In this document: piece by piece, positions 9,351 to 20,351 of the stretch
Position numbering within the stretch: position 1 is the stretch's first letter
How the letters are laid out: each line of letters begins with the position of its first letter
Source of the DNA: Candidatus Eiseniibacteriota bacterium
Lineage (GTDB): Bacteria; Eisenbacteria; RBG-16-71-46
Assembly (NCBI GenBank): GCA_963725865.1
Contig: CAVSAC010000012.1
Location: forward strand, 512,001 to 576,000
DNA: 64,000 bases
Direction of reading: 5' to 3'
Translations under genes and position numbers: made by a program
Notes under the pieces: generated by a model
What the model saw: the letters and a program-made list of their open reading frames with translations, nothing else
The model's database searches: none
What the model was told of the DNA's origin: nothing

Positions 9351-11477
9351 TCATCGGTTCACGCCGCCGACCGGGGTGTCGACCGGCCCGCTCGCGCGGT
9401 TCATGCCGAGCTGCTCGAAGAGGAACAGCAGCTGGTCGGCGTTGTCCTCGATCTGCTGGCCCACCGGCTTGCCGCCGGCGTGGCCGGACTTGGTGTCGTA
9501 GTGCAGCAGCACCGGGCGGCGCAGCGGATCCGAGCCGGTCGCCGCCTGCATGAGCGCGGTCATCTTGCGCGCGTGCAGCGGATCGACACGGGTGTCGGAG
9601 TCACCGCTCACGAACATCACCGCCGGGTACTCGGTGCCCTTCACCACGTGCTGGTACGGCGAGTAGTCGTAGATGAACTGGAACTGCGACGGATCGTCGG
9701 CGGAGCCGTATTCGGGCACCCAGAAGCGCGCGACCAGGAAGCGGTGGTAGCGCAGCATGTCGAGCAGCGGCACCGCGCAGATCGCCGCGCGGCAGAGGTC
9801 GGGCCGCTGCGTCATGAACGCGCCCACCAGCAGGCCGCCGTTGCTGCCGCCGAGGATCGAAAGGTGCTCGGTGTCGGTGTACTGGTTGCCGACCAGCCAC
9901 TCGGCCGCCGCGATGAAGTCGTCGAACGTGTGCTGCTTCTGCTCCAGCATCCCGGCGCGGTGCCAGTCCTCGCCGAACTCGGCGCCGCCTCGCAGGTTCG
10001 GCAGCGCGTAGACGCCGCCGCTCTCGGCGAAGATCACCGCCTCGGGCGAGAAGCTCGGAGTCTCGTTGACGTCGAAGCCGCCGTAGCCGGTGAGCAGCAC
10101 CGGACGCTTGCCGTCGAGCTCGAGCCCCTTGCGGTGCACGAGGAACATCGGCACCCGCGTGCCGTCGCGCGACGTGGTCCACACCTGCTCGGTGACGTAT
10201 CGCGCGCTCACGACCGGCGCGGAGGACCGCCACCACTCGGTGCGCACGCCGCCCGGGATGTCGAAGCGGTAGATCGTCGGCGGGACCACGAACGAGGAGA
10301 ACGTGAAGAACGCTTCGTTCGAGCTCCAGCGCCCGTTGATGCCGCTCACCGTGCCCAGCGTGGGGAACGCGATCTCGCCAAGCCGCCGGCCGTCGGGGCC
10401 GAACACGCGCACCTTCGACGCCACGTCCTCGAGGTAGCTCGCGAACACCCGGCCGCCCGCGAGCGAGAAGTCCACCAGTGCGTGCGGACCCTCGGGCACG
10501 ACCTCGCGCCAGGCATCGGTCGCCGGGTGGTTCAGGTCGACGCGCACGATGCGCCCGTGCGCCGCCTTCCACGTGGTGCGCAGGTAGAGCTGGTCGCCGG
10601 CGATCTCGCCGCCGAAGAACGCGTCGATGTCCTTCACGATGGGCGTCGCCGGACCGCGGGTCTTGGTGTCCATCACCCACAGCTCGCTGCGCTCGGCGGC
10701 CGCGCCGTAGTACACCGTGAACAGCAGTCGCCGCCCATCGTCGCTCAGCAGCAGGTCGATGATCTTGTCGCCGCCGTAGCCCTCGCCGAACAGCGCGGCG
10801 TCCTTGTCCACTGGGGCGCCGAACGCGTGGTAGAAGATCCGCGCGCCGTCGGGGAACGAGCGGGAGTAGTACACGCCGCGGTCGTCGGCGCCGATCTGGA
10901 TGCCGAAGTAGCGCCCCAGCGGCAGCGCGTCGGCCAGCGGCTTGCGGGTCGCGACCTGCACGAACGACACCACGACCTCGTCGCGGCCGCCCTGCCGGGT
11001 GCCGACCGCGACCAGCGAGCCGTCGCTCGACTCATCGAGGTAGTTCACCGACGTGCTGTGGTCGGCGCTCAGCGGATGCGGATCGACCAGCACCTCGTCC
11101 GGTCCCGCGACGCCCTGGCGCACGCACAGCACCCGCTGGTCCTGGTTCGCGGCGCGCTTCGAGAAGAAGTAGCGCCCGCCGCGCTCGACCGGCGTGGTCA
11201 CCGCGTCGACCTTGAGCAGCTGCGCGAGCCGGGTCACCAGGCGGGTGCGCCCGGAGTAGTTGCCCAGCGTCTCCTTGGTGTAGCGGATCTGCTGGTCGAG
11301 CCACGCGCGCGTCGCGGGCGCGTCCTTGTCCTCGAGCCAGCGGTACGGGTCCTCGATCGCGGTGCCGTGCAGCGTGTCGCTCACCACCGCGACACGGGTG
11401 GGGGGCGGGCCGGCAAGCGCACCCGTGGAGGCCAGCAGCAGCGCGGCGACGATCAGCCAGCGGGTCCGGGTCAGCAT
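9351..11477 (-). CDS. Secreted prolyl oligopeptidase (S9A)
   Basis: Signal peptide; DPYRWLED; GGSNGG catalytic Ser, DTRV Asp, GH His. Confidence 0.92.
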   Translation of the reverse strand: MLTRTRWLIVAALLLASTGALAGPPPTRVAVVSDTLHGTAIEDPYRWLEDKDAPATRAWLDQQIRYTKETLGNYSGRTRLVTRLAQLLKVDAVTTPVERGGRYFFSKRAANQDQRVLCVRQGVAGPDEVLVDPHPLSADHSTSVNYLDESSDGSLVAVGTRQGGRDEVVVSFVQVATRKPLADALPLGRYFGIQIGADDRGVYYSRSFPDGARIFYHAFGAPVDKDAALFGEGYGGDKIIDLLLSDDGRRLLFTVYYGAAAERSELWVMDTKTRGPATPIVKDIDAFFGGEIAGDQLYLRTTWKAAHGRIVRVDLNHPATDAWREVVPEGPHALVDFSLAGGRVFASYLEDVASKVRVFGPDGRRLGEIAFPTLGTVSGINGRWSSNEAFFTFSSFVVPPTIYRFDIPGGVRTEWWRSSAPVVSARYVTEQVWTTSRDGTRVPMFLVHRKGLELDGKRPVLLTGYGGFDVNETPSFSPEAVIFAESGGVYALPNLRGGAEFGEDWHRAGMLEQKQHTFDDFIAAAEWLVGNQYTDTEHLSILGGSNGGLLVGAFMTQRPDLCRAAICAVPLLDMLRYHRFLVARFWVPEYGSADDPSQFQFIYDYSPYQHVVKGTEYPAVMFVSGDSDTRVDPLHARKMTALMQAATGSDPLRRPVLLHYDTKSGHAGGKPVGQQIEDNADQLLFLFEQLGMNRASGPVDTPVGGVNR

Positions 11478-11491
11478 GGCGGGTCTCCTCG

Positions 11492-12760
11492 TCAGGCCAG
11501 GTCCGCGTCCGAGAGCCAGTCCTGCGGGCGCTCGAGCGCATCGATGAGGGCGTACAGGAAGTCCGCGCCCACCGCGCCGTCCACCACGCGATGGTCGAGG
11601 GTCAGCGAGAAGTTGGTGAGGTCGCGCGCCACGATCTCGCCGTTCACCACGGCCGGCTTCTTCTTCACCTCGTGGACGCCGAGGATCGCGACCTGCGGAT
11701 GGTGCAGGATCGGCGTGGCGAGCAGCCCGCCGCGCGCGCCGGTGCTGGTGACCGTGAAGGTGCCGCCCTGGAGCTCCTCGAGCGTCAGCTTGCCGGCGCG
11801 CGCCGCGGCGGCCAGCCGCGCGATCTCGCGCGCCACCGCGAACAGGCCGAGGCGGCCGGCGTGGTGGATCACCGGCACCGTGAGGCCCTCGTCGGTCATG
11901 GTGGCGATCCCCAGGTGGACGTAGCGCTTGAGCACGATCTCGCCGCGCCCATCGTCGAGGCTGGCGTTGAGCAGCGGAAACTTCGCGAGCGCCGCGGGCA
12001 GCGCGCGGAACACGTACGCGAGGTAGGTCAGCTTGACGCCCGCCGCCTCGGCGCGCGCGCGCTGCGCCTCGCGGTGCAGCACCAGCGCGGTGAGGTCGGC
12101 CTCGGCGACGAACGTGAACGGCGCGGTGGTGTCGAGCGCATGGCGCATGTGCTCGGCGATGCGCCGGCGCAGCCCGCGCACCGGAATGCGCTCCTCGGGT
12201 TCGTCCGCCTTCGCCGCGCGTGGAGCGGCGGCCGCGCCCGCGCCGGTGGCGTTCGCCGCACCCGCCGCGGCGCCGATCGCGCCCGCCGGCGCAGTCGCGC
12301 CCGCGCCGCCGGCCGCGCGCTTCACGTCGCCGGCGGTGATGGCGCCGCCCGGTCCGCTGCCGGCCATGCCTTCGAGCGCGACGCCGAGCGACTGGGCGAG
12401 CGCGCGCACCGCGGGGCTGGCCGCGGCGCGCGCGCCCGTCGCCGCGGCCGCCGCCGCTGGCGCCGCGGGCGTGCTGCTCGGTGCCGGCGCGTGCGCCGCG
12501 GGCGCGCCGGCGCCGGCGCCGCCGGCGACCGCGATGCTCACGAGCAGGCTGCCGACCGGCACCATCGCGCCTTCTTCGGCGTGCAGCGCCTCGATGGTGC
12601 CGGTGCGCGGCGAGGGGATCTCCACGCTTGCCTTGTCGGTCATCACCTCGACCAGCGGCTGGTCCTCGCGCACCGCGTCACCCGGCTTCACCAGCCAGCG
12701 CACCACCTCGCCCTCGGCGATGCCCTCGCCGATGTCGGGCAGTCGAACCTCGAACGCCAT
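11492..12760 (-). CDS. pdhC: Dihydrolipoamide acyltransferase E2
   Basis: Lipoyl domain PDIGEGIAEG...TDKASVE; E3-binding ASPAVRALA; catalytic DHRVVDG. Confidence 0.9.
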   Translation of the reverse strand: MAFEVRLPDIGEGIAEGEVVRWLVKPGDAVREDQPLVEVMTDKASVEIPSPRTGTIEALHAEEGAMVPVGSLLVSIAVAGGAGAGAPAAHAPAPSSTPAAPAAAAAATGARAAASPAVRALAQSLGVALEGMAGSGPGGAITAGDVKRAAGGAGATAPAGAIGAAAGAANATGAGAAAAPRAAKADEPEERIPVRGLRRRIAEHMRHALDTTAPFTFVAEADLTALVLHREAQRARAEAAGVKLTYLAYVFRALPAALAKFPLLNASLDDGRGEIVLKRYVHLGIATMTDEGLTVPVIHHAGRLGLFAVAREIARLAAAARAGKLTLEELQGGTFTVTSTGARGGLLATPILHHPQVAILGVHEVKKKPAVVNGEIVARDLTNFSLTLDHRVVDGAVGADFLYALIDALERPQDWLSDADLA

Positions 12761-12774
12761 CGCTCCCTCCGCGC

Positions 12775-13077
12775 TCAGACCAGGGCGCCGAAGCGCCCGA
12801 GCTCGGTCTCGCGCTCAATCAGCCGCCGGCCGCGGTCCGACAGCTCGGCGTAGGCGGTGGCGTGCGAGTGCTTGAACTCCTCGTAGAGCGCCATGCTGGC
12901 CCAGCGGTCGGCGACCACGTAGCGGCGCGGCGAGCGGAGGTCCTTCCACAGCGTGGTGCTCACGTAACCGGAGGCCCCGCGGAACAGCTCGGTCCACGGA
13001 CCTTCGGGGTGGTAGAGCCCCTCGAACTCCTCGACGCGGTCGGCCTTGGCGATGTACTCCCACAGGATGAGTAGCAT
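12775..13077 (-). CDS. ABM-like (dimeric alpha-beta barrel) small protein
   Basis: 100 aa; FEGLY...WTELFRGASGYVSTTL...YVVADRW; sits between E1beta and E2 with short spacers. Confidence 0.65.
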   Translation of the reverse strand: MLLILWEYIAKADRVEEFEGLYHPEGPWTELFRGASGYVSTTLWKDLRSPRRYVVADRWASMALYEEFKHSHATAYAELSDRGRRLIERETELGRFGALV

Positions 13078-13086
13078 GGACGGCCC

Positions 13087-14061
<975 letters not shown>

Positions 14062-14186
14062 GGGAAGTCTCCGGGAATCGGTCGTGAGGACGCGGGAGAG
14101 TAGCGCACGCTCGGGGGCGCATCAACAGATGCCGGGCGCCGCGCGCCGCCCGGCTCCGCCGCCGCGCGGCGCCCGCGTCGTTAGGG

Positions 14187-14218
14187 TTGACGAACGCCCC
14201 AATTAGTCGTATCTAATT
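14187..14218 (+). promoter_or_regulatory. mntR promoter with overlapping DtxR/MntR-type operator palindrome
   Basis: TTGACG (14187) then N17 and TATCTA; palindrome AATTAG-TCGTAT-CTAATT at 14201-14218. Confidence 0.65.
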
Positions 14219-14224
14219 CCCCCC

Positions 14225-14899
14225 ATGCCCCACCTGTCACGCTCCCGCGAGGACTACCTCAAGGCGCTCTACGCGCTCGGCCCCGCCGGCGCCGCGGTGT
14301 CGACCTCGGCGCTCGCCGCACAGCTCGGCGTGGCGCCGCCGTCCGTGACCGCGATGCTGCGCACGCTCGCGCGCGAGCGGCTGGTGGCGCACGGGCCGCG
14401 CACCGGGGCGCGCCTGACCGCGCGCGGCCGCAAGCTGGCGCTCGAGATGGTGCGGCGCCACCGCATCCTCGAGACCTTCCTGGTGCGGGTGCTGGGGTTC
14501 GACTGGTCCGAAGTGCACGACGACGCCGAGGTGCTCGAGCACCATGTGAGCGAGCGGGTGCTCGAGGCCATCGACCGCCTGGTCGGGCATCCCGACGAGG
14601 ACCCGCACGGGCATCCGATCCCCGACCGCCAGGGTCACATCCGCCGCCGCGCGCTGCACCCGCTCGGCACGCTGGCGGCCGGCACGCGCGCGACCGTGCG
14701 CGAGATCGTCGACGCCGACGCGCGGCGCCTCGCGCGCTGGAAGGAGGCCGGCCTGGTCCCCGGCGTGCGCGTGCGCGTGGTCGCGGTGCGGGCGCTCGAC
14801 GACGTGGTCGAGGTCGAGGTCGCCGGCCGCATGCTCGTCACCGGCCTGCGCGGTGTCGAGGGCGTGCTGGTCGAAATGCGCGGGGGGCGGGGCGCGTGA
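14225..14899 (+). CDS. mntR: DtxR/MntR metal-dependent repressor with FeoA-like C-terminal domain
   Basis: EDYLKALY, PSVTAML, RRHRILETFL, AEVLEH, DPHGHPIP. Confidence 0.9.
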   Translation: MPHLSRSREDYLKALYALGPAGAAVSTSALAAQLGVAPPSVTAMLRTLARERLVAHGPRTGARLTARGRKLALEMVRRHRILETFLVRVLGFDWSEVHDDAEVLEHHVSERVLEAIDRLVGHPDEDPHGHPIPDRQGHIRRRALHPLGTLAAGTRATVREIVDADARRLARWKEAGLVPGVRVRVVAVRALDDVVEVEVAGRMLVTGLRGVEGVLVEMRGGRGA

Positions 14900-16878
14900 A
14901 CGTCGACCGCCGCTCGCTGCCCGAGGTGCACCGCACCATCGAGATCCCGCACGCGGGCTCGTGGCTCCGCCGCATGTTCGCGTTCGCGGGGCCCGCGTAC
15001 CTGGTCAGCGTCGGCTACATGGACCCCGGCAACTGGGCCACCGACCTGGCGGGCGGCGCACGCTTCGGCTACCAGCTCGTCTGGGTGCTGGTGCTCAGCA
15101 ACCTGATGGCGGTGCTGCTCCAGACGCTCAGCGCGCGGCTCGGCGTGGTGACCGGGCGCGACCTGGCGCAGGCCTGCCGCGAGTACTACCCGCGGCCGCT
15201 GACCGTGCCGCTGTGGCTGCTGTGCGAGATCGCGATCGTCGCGTGCGATCTGGCCGAGGTGCTGGGGGCGGCGATCGGGCTCAAGCTGCTGTTCGGCCTG
15301 CCGCTCCTGTTCGGGGTGCTCGTCACCGCGCTCGACGTGCTGCTGCTGCTCGCGTTCTCGCGCCTGGGCATGCGCACGCTGGAGGCGATCATCATCACGT
15401 TGATCGCGACCATGGGCGCCTGCTTCGGGATCGAGATGGCGCTGTCGCGCCCCGACCTGCTCGCGATCCTCGCGCACGTGCTGCCGCGCGACAGCACCGG
15501 CGCGCCGAGCCTGTTCGCGCATCCGGCCGGCGGCGGACTCTCGGTGCTCGGGCTCCACGGCGACTCGCTCTACATCGCGATGGGGATCCTCGGCGCCACG
15601 GTGATGCCGCACAACCTCTATCTGCACTCGGCGCTGGTGCAGAGCCGCGCGGTCGCGCACTCGCGCGAGGCCAAGCGCCAGGCCGTGCGCCTGAACTTCG
15701 TGGACTCGGTGGTGGCGCTCAACGCCGCGCTGCTCGTGAACGGCGCGATCCTGGTGCTGGCGGCCGCCACGTTCCACCGCGCCGGCATGCACGACGTCGC
15801 GCGGCTCGAGGAGGCGCACCGCCTGCTGACGCCGCTGCTCGGCACCTCGATGGCCTCGACCCTGTTCGCGGTCGCGCTGCTGGCGTCGGGCCAGTCGAGC
15901 ACCATCACCGGCACGCTCGCCGGGCAGATCGTGATGGAGGGCTTCCTGCGCTGGCGCATCCAGCCGTGGATGCGGCGCATGATCAGCCGCGGGCTGGCGA
16001 TCGTGCCGGCGGTGGCGTTCATCGCCGCGCGCGGCGAGGGCGCGGTCGACGACCTGCTGGTGCTCTCGCAGGTGGTGCTGAGCCTGCAGCTCTCGTTCGC
16101 GGTGATCCCGCTGATCACGTTCACCAGCGACCGCCGCGTGATGGGCGAGTTCGTGAACCCGCGCTGGGTGATCGCGCTGGCGGGGCTGGCCTCGATCATC
16201 ATCATCGGCCTCAACGCCAACCTGGTGGCGCAGACGCTCGGCACCTGGTTCGCGGCCGCCGGGCCCGGCGGATGGTGGCTGAAGCTCGTCGTGCTGCCGG
16301 TGGTCGGCGCGGTCGCGCTGCTGCTGCTCTACCTGCTCGCGATGCCGTGGCTCGCGCGGTTCGCGCCCGCGCTCGGCCTCCCCGCGCCCGAGTCGCGCGC
16401 CACGCCGGGTGCCACGGTCGCGGTGCCGGCCCACATGGCGCCGGGCGTGCCCGTGCCGTACCAGCGCATCGCGGTGGCGCTCGAGCTGGGCGAGGCCGAC
16501 CGCCCGGTGCTCGAGCACGTGCGCTCGCTGGAGCTGGGCGCGGGCGCCGAGGTGGTGCTGCTGCACGTGGTCGAGAGCGCGGCCGGCCGCTACCTGGGAC
16601 CCGAGACGCTCGACCGCGAGTCGCTCGAGGACCAGGCGGTGGTCGACGACCTGGCCGCCGAGTTGCGCGCGGGCGGCATCACCGCGACGGGCCGGCTCGG
16701 GTTCGGCAACGTGAAGAGCGAGCTCGCACGCCTGGTGCACGAGGTCGATGCCGACCTGCTCATCACCGGCTCGCACGGCCACCGCCTGCTGCAGGACCTG
16801 ATCTACGGCTCGACCACCTCGGGCCTGCGCCACCTGGTGAAGTGCCCGGTGCTGACGCTGCCGGCGCGGGAGAAGTAG
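14896..16878 (+). CDS. mntH: Nramp Mn2+/Fe2+ transporter with C-terminal universal stress protein domain
   Basis: GYMDPGNWATD and MPHNLYLHS Nramp motifs; C-terminal LLHVVE...GSHGH USP motif. Confidence 0.92.
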   Translation: MNVDRRSLPEVHRTIEIPHAGSWLRRMFAFAGPAYLVSVGYMDPGNWATDLAGGARFGYQLVWVLVLSNLMAVLLQTLSARLGVVTGRDLAQACREYYPRPLTVPLWLLCEIAIVACDLAEVLGAAIGLKLLFGLPLLFGVLVTALDVLLLLAFSRLGMRTLEAIIITLIATMGACFGIEMALSRPDLLAILAHVLPRDSTGAPSLFAHPAGGGLSVLGLHGDSLYIAMGILGATVMPHNLYLHSALVQSRAVAHSREAKRQAVRLNFVDSVVALNAALLVNGAILVLAAATFHRAGMHDVARLEEAHRLLTPLLGTSMASTLFAVALLASGQSSTITGTLAGQIVMEGFLRWRIQPWMRRMISRGLAIVPAVAFIAARGEGAVDDLLVLSQVVLSLQLSFAVIPLITFTSDRRVMGEFVNPRWVIALAGLASIIIIGLNANLVAQTLGTWFAAAGPGGWWLKLVVLPVVGAVALLLLYLLAMPWLARFAPALGLPAPESRATPGATVAVPAHMAPGVPVPYQRIAVALELGEADRPVLEHVRSLELGAGAEVVLLHVVESAAGRYLGPETLDRESLEDQAVVDDLAAELRAGGITATGRLGFGNVKSELARLVHEVDADLLITGSHGHRLLQDLIYGSTTSGLRHLVKCPVLTLPAREK

Positions 16879-17025
16879 CGGGCTGGAACGCCGATCGTGT
16901 CTCCTCGCCGGGTGTGCCGAGGAACCCCGCTCGCCCGTCCGCCCCCCTACTTCCCGCCCGCGCGCCCGTCCTAGAATGCCGCCTCGCCACGCCGCGCAGC
17001 CGCCGACCCGAGATCCGAGCCCCCG

Positions 17026-17526
17026 ATGCCCGAGAAGCTCCATCACGGCCGACTCACCGCCACCGTCGCCGAGGTGCTCGACGCGTGGCTCGATCTCATG
17101 CCCGATTTCGAGATGTGCGCGATCCCGGTGCTCGACGGGCAGGAGCGCCCGGGCGAGTGGCCGGCCATCCGCCGTCGCCTGCGCGCCGAGGGCATACGCG
17201 CCAGTGAGCATCGCGGCGTGCTGCTGCTGGCACCCGGCGAGCTGGACCAGCTCTCGTCGATCGGCATGCTGACCGGCACCGATGAGGTGCTGTTCGTCGA
17301 CGACTGGAACGACGAGTTCGAGACCTTCCCCGGCCGGCTCAGCAGCGACCTGACCGACTTCGAGGAGACCACGCCGCTCGGGCTCGAGGAGTGGATGATC
17401 CATGCCGGCTGCGTGCTCGCGATCGGCGACGGCAACGGCCTCAACTTCGCGACGTTCGACGCCGAGCTGGCGCAGAAGCTGCGCGCGCGCTTCGGCGGAC
17501 AGGCGCAGGGCGCGAAGCGTCGATGA
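17026..17526 (+). CDS. Hypothetical acidic protein
   Basis: 166-aa ORF with GC-rich third positions; upstream TAGAAT; ATGA coupling to the next gene. Confidence 0.7.
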   Translation: MPEKLHHGRLTATVAEVLDAWLDLMPDFEMCAIPVLDGQERPGEWPAIRRRLRAEGIRASEHRGVLLLAPGELDQLSSIGMLTGTDEVLFVDDWNDEFETFPGRLSSDLTDFEETTPLGLEEWMIHAGCVLAIGDGNGLNFATFDAELAQKLRARFGGQAQGAKRR

Positions 17527-18185
17527 CCCACGCGCCGGGCGGGCACTCCCGCCTCGTGCAGCTCGAGCTGGCGGGCCCGGCGGGCCGCCTCGAGGCGGTG
17601 CTGCAGGAGCGTGACGCCCACGACCACACGCTCGCGGCGCTGGTCTGCCACCCGCATCCGCTCTACGGCGGCACGCTCCACAACAAGGTGGTGCATCGCG
17701 CGGGCGCGGTGCTGCACGAGCTGGGCGCCGCGGTGCTGCGCTTCAACTTCCGCGGCGTGGGCAGCAGCGAGGGCGCGTACGACCGCGGCGGCGGCGAGCT
17801 CGACGACGCGCGCGCAGCGCTCGCGTACCTGCGCGAGCGCTACCCGCGCGCGCGGCTCTGGGCGGCGGGCTTCTCGTTCGGCGCGTGGGTCGCCGCGCGG
17901 CTCGCGGCCGCGGAGCCCGCGATCGAGCGGCTGGTGCTGATCGCGCCGCCGGTCGGCACGTTCCCGTTCGACGTGATGCTCACGCTCGCGACCCCGAAGC
18001 TGGTGATCCAGGGCGCGGCCGACGACGCCTGCCCGCCGCACCAGCTCCACGCGCAGTTCACGGGCTGGTCCGAGCCCAAGACGCTGGTCGAGGTCGCGGG
18101 GGCCACCCACTTCTTCGACAGGCAGTTGGCCGGATTGGCGCACGCGCTGGAGGAACACCTGAAGGCGCCCGCCCGGGAGGGATGA
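17523..18185 (+). CDS. Alpha/beta hydrolase (CHPHP..GG family)
   Basis: CHPHPLYGGTLHNKVV, RFNFRGVG, GFSFG nucleophile elbow, D and HFF. Confidence 0.88.
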   Translation: MTHAPGGHSRLVQLELAGPAGRLEAVLQERDAHDHTLAALVCHPHPLYGGTLHNKVVHRAGAVLHELGAAVLRFNFRGVGSSEGAYDRGGGELDDARAALAYLRERYPRARLWAAGFSFGAWVAARLAAAEPAIERLVLIAPPVGTFPFDVMLTLATPKLVIQGAADDACPPHQLHAQFTGWSEPKTLVEVAGATHFFDRQLAGLAHALEEHLKAPAREG

Positions 18186-18189
18186 CCGC

Positions 18190-19089
18190 ATGCATCGTAT
18201 GAAGTGCGCGTTGGCCGCCGTGCTGCTCGCCGCGACGCTGGCCGGCTGCGGTGGGCACGGCGCCGCGCCCCGCCCGCACGTGGAGCCGCTGTTCTCCCTC
18301 GACCGGGTGTGGGACGACGGTCAGGCCGAGGTCGCGACGTACTCGGGGACCACGCTGCGCTACGGGACCGAGCGCTCCACCGACACCAAGTTCTACCTGG
18401 TGAAGGAGGACCTGCTCGAAGCGACCCTCGTGAAGAGCGATTCGGGCGCCGTGCAGGGGCGCACGGTCGAGGCGCTCAAGCTGAACGAGGTGATCGACTA
18501 TCCGACCGGCACGTACGCCTACCACCAGATGGCCTCGGTGTTCGCGCGGCGCTCGGACCTCGAGCTGCTCAAGGAGACCATGAGCAGCACCGAAGGCTGC
18601 GGCATCACGTTCGTGCGGGTGGGGCCCAAGGGCGGACGCCTCGTGCACACCGCGCACTCCTACCGCGAGGGCGAGGCCGACCGCGAGGTCGCGATCGAGA
18701 CCACGCACGCTCCGCTGTGGTGGGCCGACGCGCTGCCGCTCACGCTGCGCGGGCTGGCCGGCGAGACGAAGCCGTTCGAGCGCCGCGTGTGGCTGCTGCC
18801 GAGCCAGCTCGACAGCCGCAGCCCGCTCGAGCGCACGCGTCCGGTCGAGGCGATCGTGCGGCTGGTCGAGACGGTGCCGCTGTCGGTCCCCGACGGCGCG
18901 TACGCCGCGCGCCACTTCACCGTCACCACCGAGCACGGCACCGACCTGTACTGGTTCGACGTCGAAGGCGCGCACGTGATGCTCAAGATGGAGACCGCCG
19001 ACGGGCGCAAGCTGGAGCTCGTGAACGTCGTGCGGCTCGCCTACTGGGAGCACACCGCGCCGGGCGAGGAGCGCCTGCTGCTGGAGTAG
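18190..19089 (+). CDS. Uncharacterised lipoprotein
   Basis: Lipobox LAGC; WDDGQAEVATY...EGCG. Confidence 0.7.
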   Translation: MHRMKCALAAVLLAATLAGCGGHGAAPRPHVEPLFSLDRVWDDGQAEVATYSGTTLRYGTERSTDTKFYLVKEDLLEATLVKSDSGAVQGRTVEALKLNEVIDYPTGTYAYHQMASVFARRSDLELLKETMSSTEGCGITFVRVGPKGGRLVHTAHSYREGEADREVAIETTHAPLWWADALPLTLRGLAGETKPFERRVWLLPSQLDSRSPLERTRPVEAIVRLVETVPLSVPDGAYAARHFTVTTEHGTDLYWFDVEGAHVMLKMETADGRKLELVNVVRLAYWEHTAPGEERLLLE

Positions 19090-19171
19090 CGCGGTGCCGC
19101 GCCGCGGCCGCCGCCGCGTTGTGGCCGCACCGCGCTGCTCGCCGCCGGTGGCCGCGCGGCGCCGAGCGCGG

Positions 19172-20098
19172 TTAAGCGTCCGCCTGCAGTCCGCCGCCCT
19201 CGATCCGCTCCTTGGCGCGCTCGCTGTCGAGCCCGGGCTCCACGTGCACGACCACGTCGCGGATGCCGGGGAAGCGCGCGCGCAGCCGCTGCTCGACGCG
19301 GTGGCCGATCGCGTGGGCGTCCTGCAGCGTCAGCGTCGGATCGAGCAGGATGTGCAGGTCGACGTGGATGTCGTCCGACGGCCCGCGCGAGCGCACGTTG
19401 TGCGCCTCGATCACGCCCGGCTCCTCGGTCGCCACCGCCTCGATCTGGTCGGCCGGCAGGCGGCGCTCGTCCGAGAGCGTCGACAGCGTGGTCTTGAGGA
19501 TGCCGATCCCGGCGCGCACGATCAGCACCACGATCACTCCGGCCACCAGCACGTCGACCCACACGAGCCGCAGCGGCGCGGCCGCGAACGAGGCGAGCAC
19601 CAGCAGGCTGGCGTACACGTCGCTGCCGGTGTGGGTGGCGTCGGCGAGCAGCAGCTCGCTCTGCAGCCGCGTGCCCTCACGGCGCTCGTACCACACCACG
19701 AACAGGTTCACGCTCAGCGTGGCGAGCAGGATCGCGAACCCGGCCGCGGTGATCTCGGGCAGCCGCGGGTGCATCAGGCGGCCGATCGCCGCTTTCGCGA
19801 TCTCCTGGCAGCCGATGAACAGCATGCCGGCGATGCCGAGTGCCGCGAACGTCTCGTACTTGCGGTGGCCGTACGGGTGGTTCGCGTCGGGCGGCCGCCG
19901 CGCGACTGCGAGGCCGATCAGTCCGACCACGTTCGACGAGCCGTCGAGCAGCGAGTGGATCCCGTCGGCGGTGATCGCGATGGCGCCCGAGTGCCGGCCG
20001 TAGAGGATCTTGGCGACCGCCACCGCGAGGTTGAGTCCCAGGATGCCCCACAGGACTCCGGCGATGCGATCGAGACGCTGGGTGGCACGCGGTTGCAC
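19172..20098 (-). CDS. Cation diffusion facilitator (FieF-like)
   Basis: ADGIHSLLD, HPYGHRKYE, HTGSD, HVEP; GTG start at 20098 after GGAG. Confidence 0.9.
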   Translation of the reverse strand: MQPRATQRLDRIAGVLWGILGLNLAVAVAKILYGRHSGAIAITADGIHSLLDGSSNVVGLIGLAVARRPPDANHPYGHRKYETFAALGIAGMLFIGCQEIAKAAIGRLMHPRLPEITAAGFAILLATLSVNLFVVWYERREGTRLQSELLLADATHTGSDVYASLLVLASFAAAPLRLVWVDVLVAGVIVVLIVRAGIGILKTTLSTLSDERRLPADQIEAVATEEPGVIEAHNVRSRGPSDDIHVDLHILLDPTLTLQDAHAIGHRVEQRLRARFPGIRDVVVHVEPGLDSERAKERIEGGGLQADA

Positions 20099-20351
20099 GG
20101 CGGATGCTCCGTTCGGGAGGGACGAGGAGGCGGCATGATGCCCCCGTGTCAGGCCCGTGGCAACTCCTCGCGCCGCTTCCGCGCGCAGGGGCGAGGCCGG
20201 TCCCACGCCCGCGCGCCCGTAGCCCGGGGTGCGGCGCTGGTCGGGGCCACCGGGGCATTCGCGAGTCGTCTGCTATCTTCGTACGTCCCTATTCCAGCAC
20301 TCATCCACGCGGCGCCCCACGCCCGTACCTGAGGACCCGGAGGTTGCGCGC

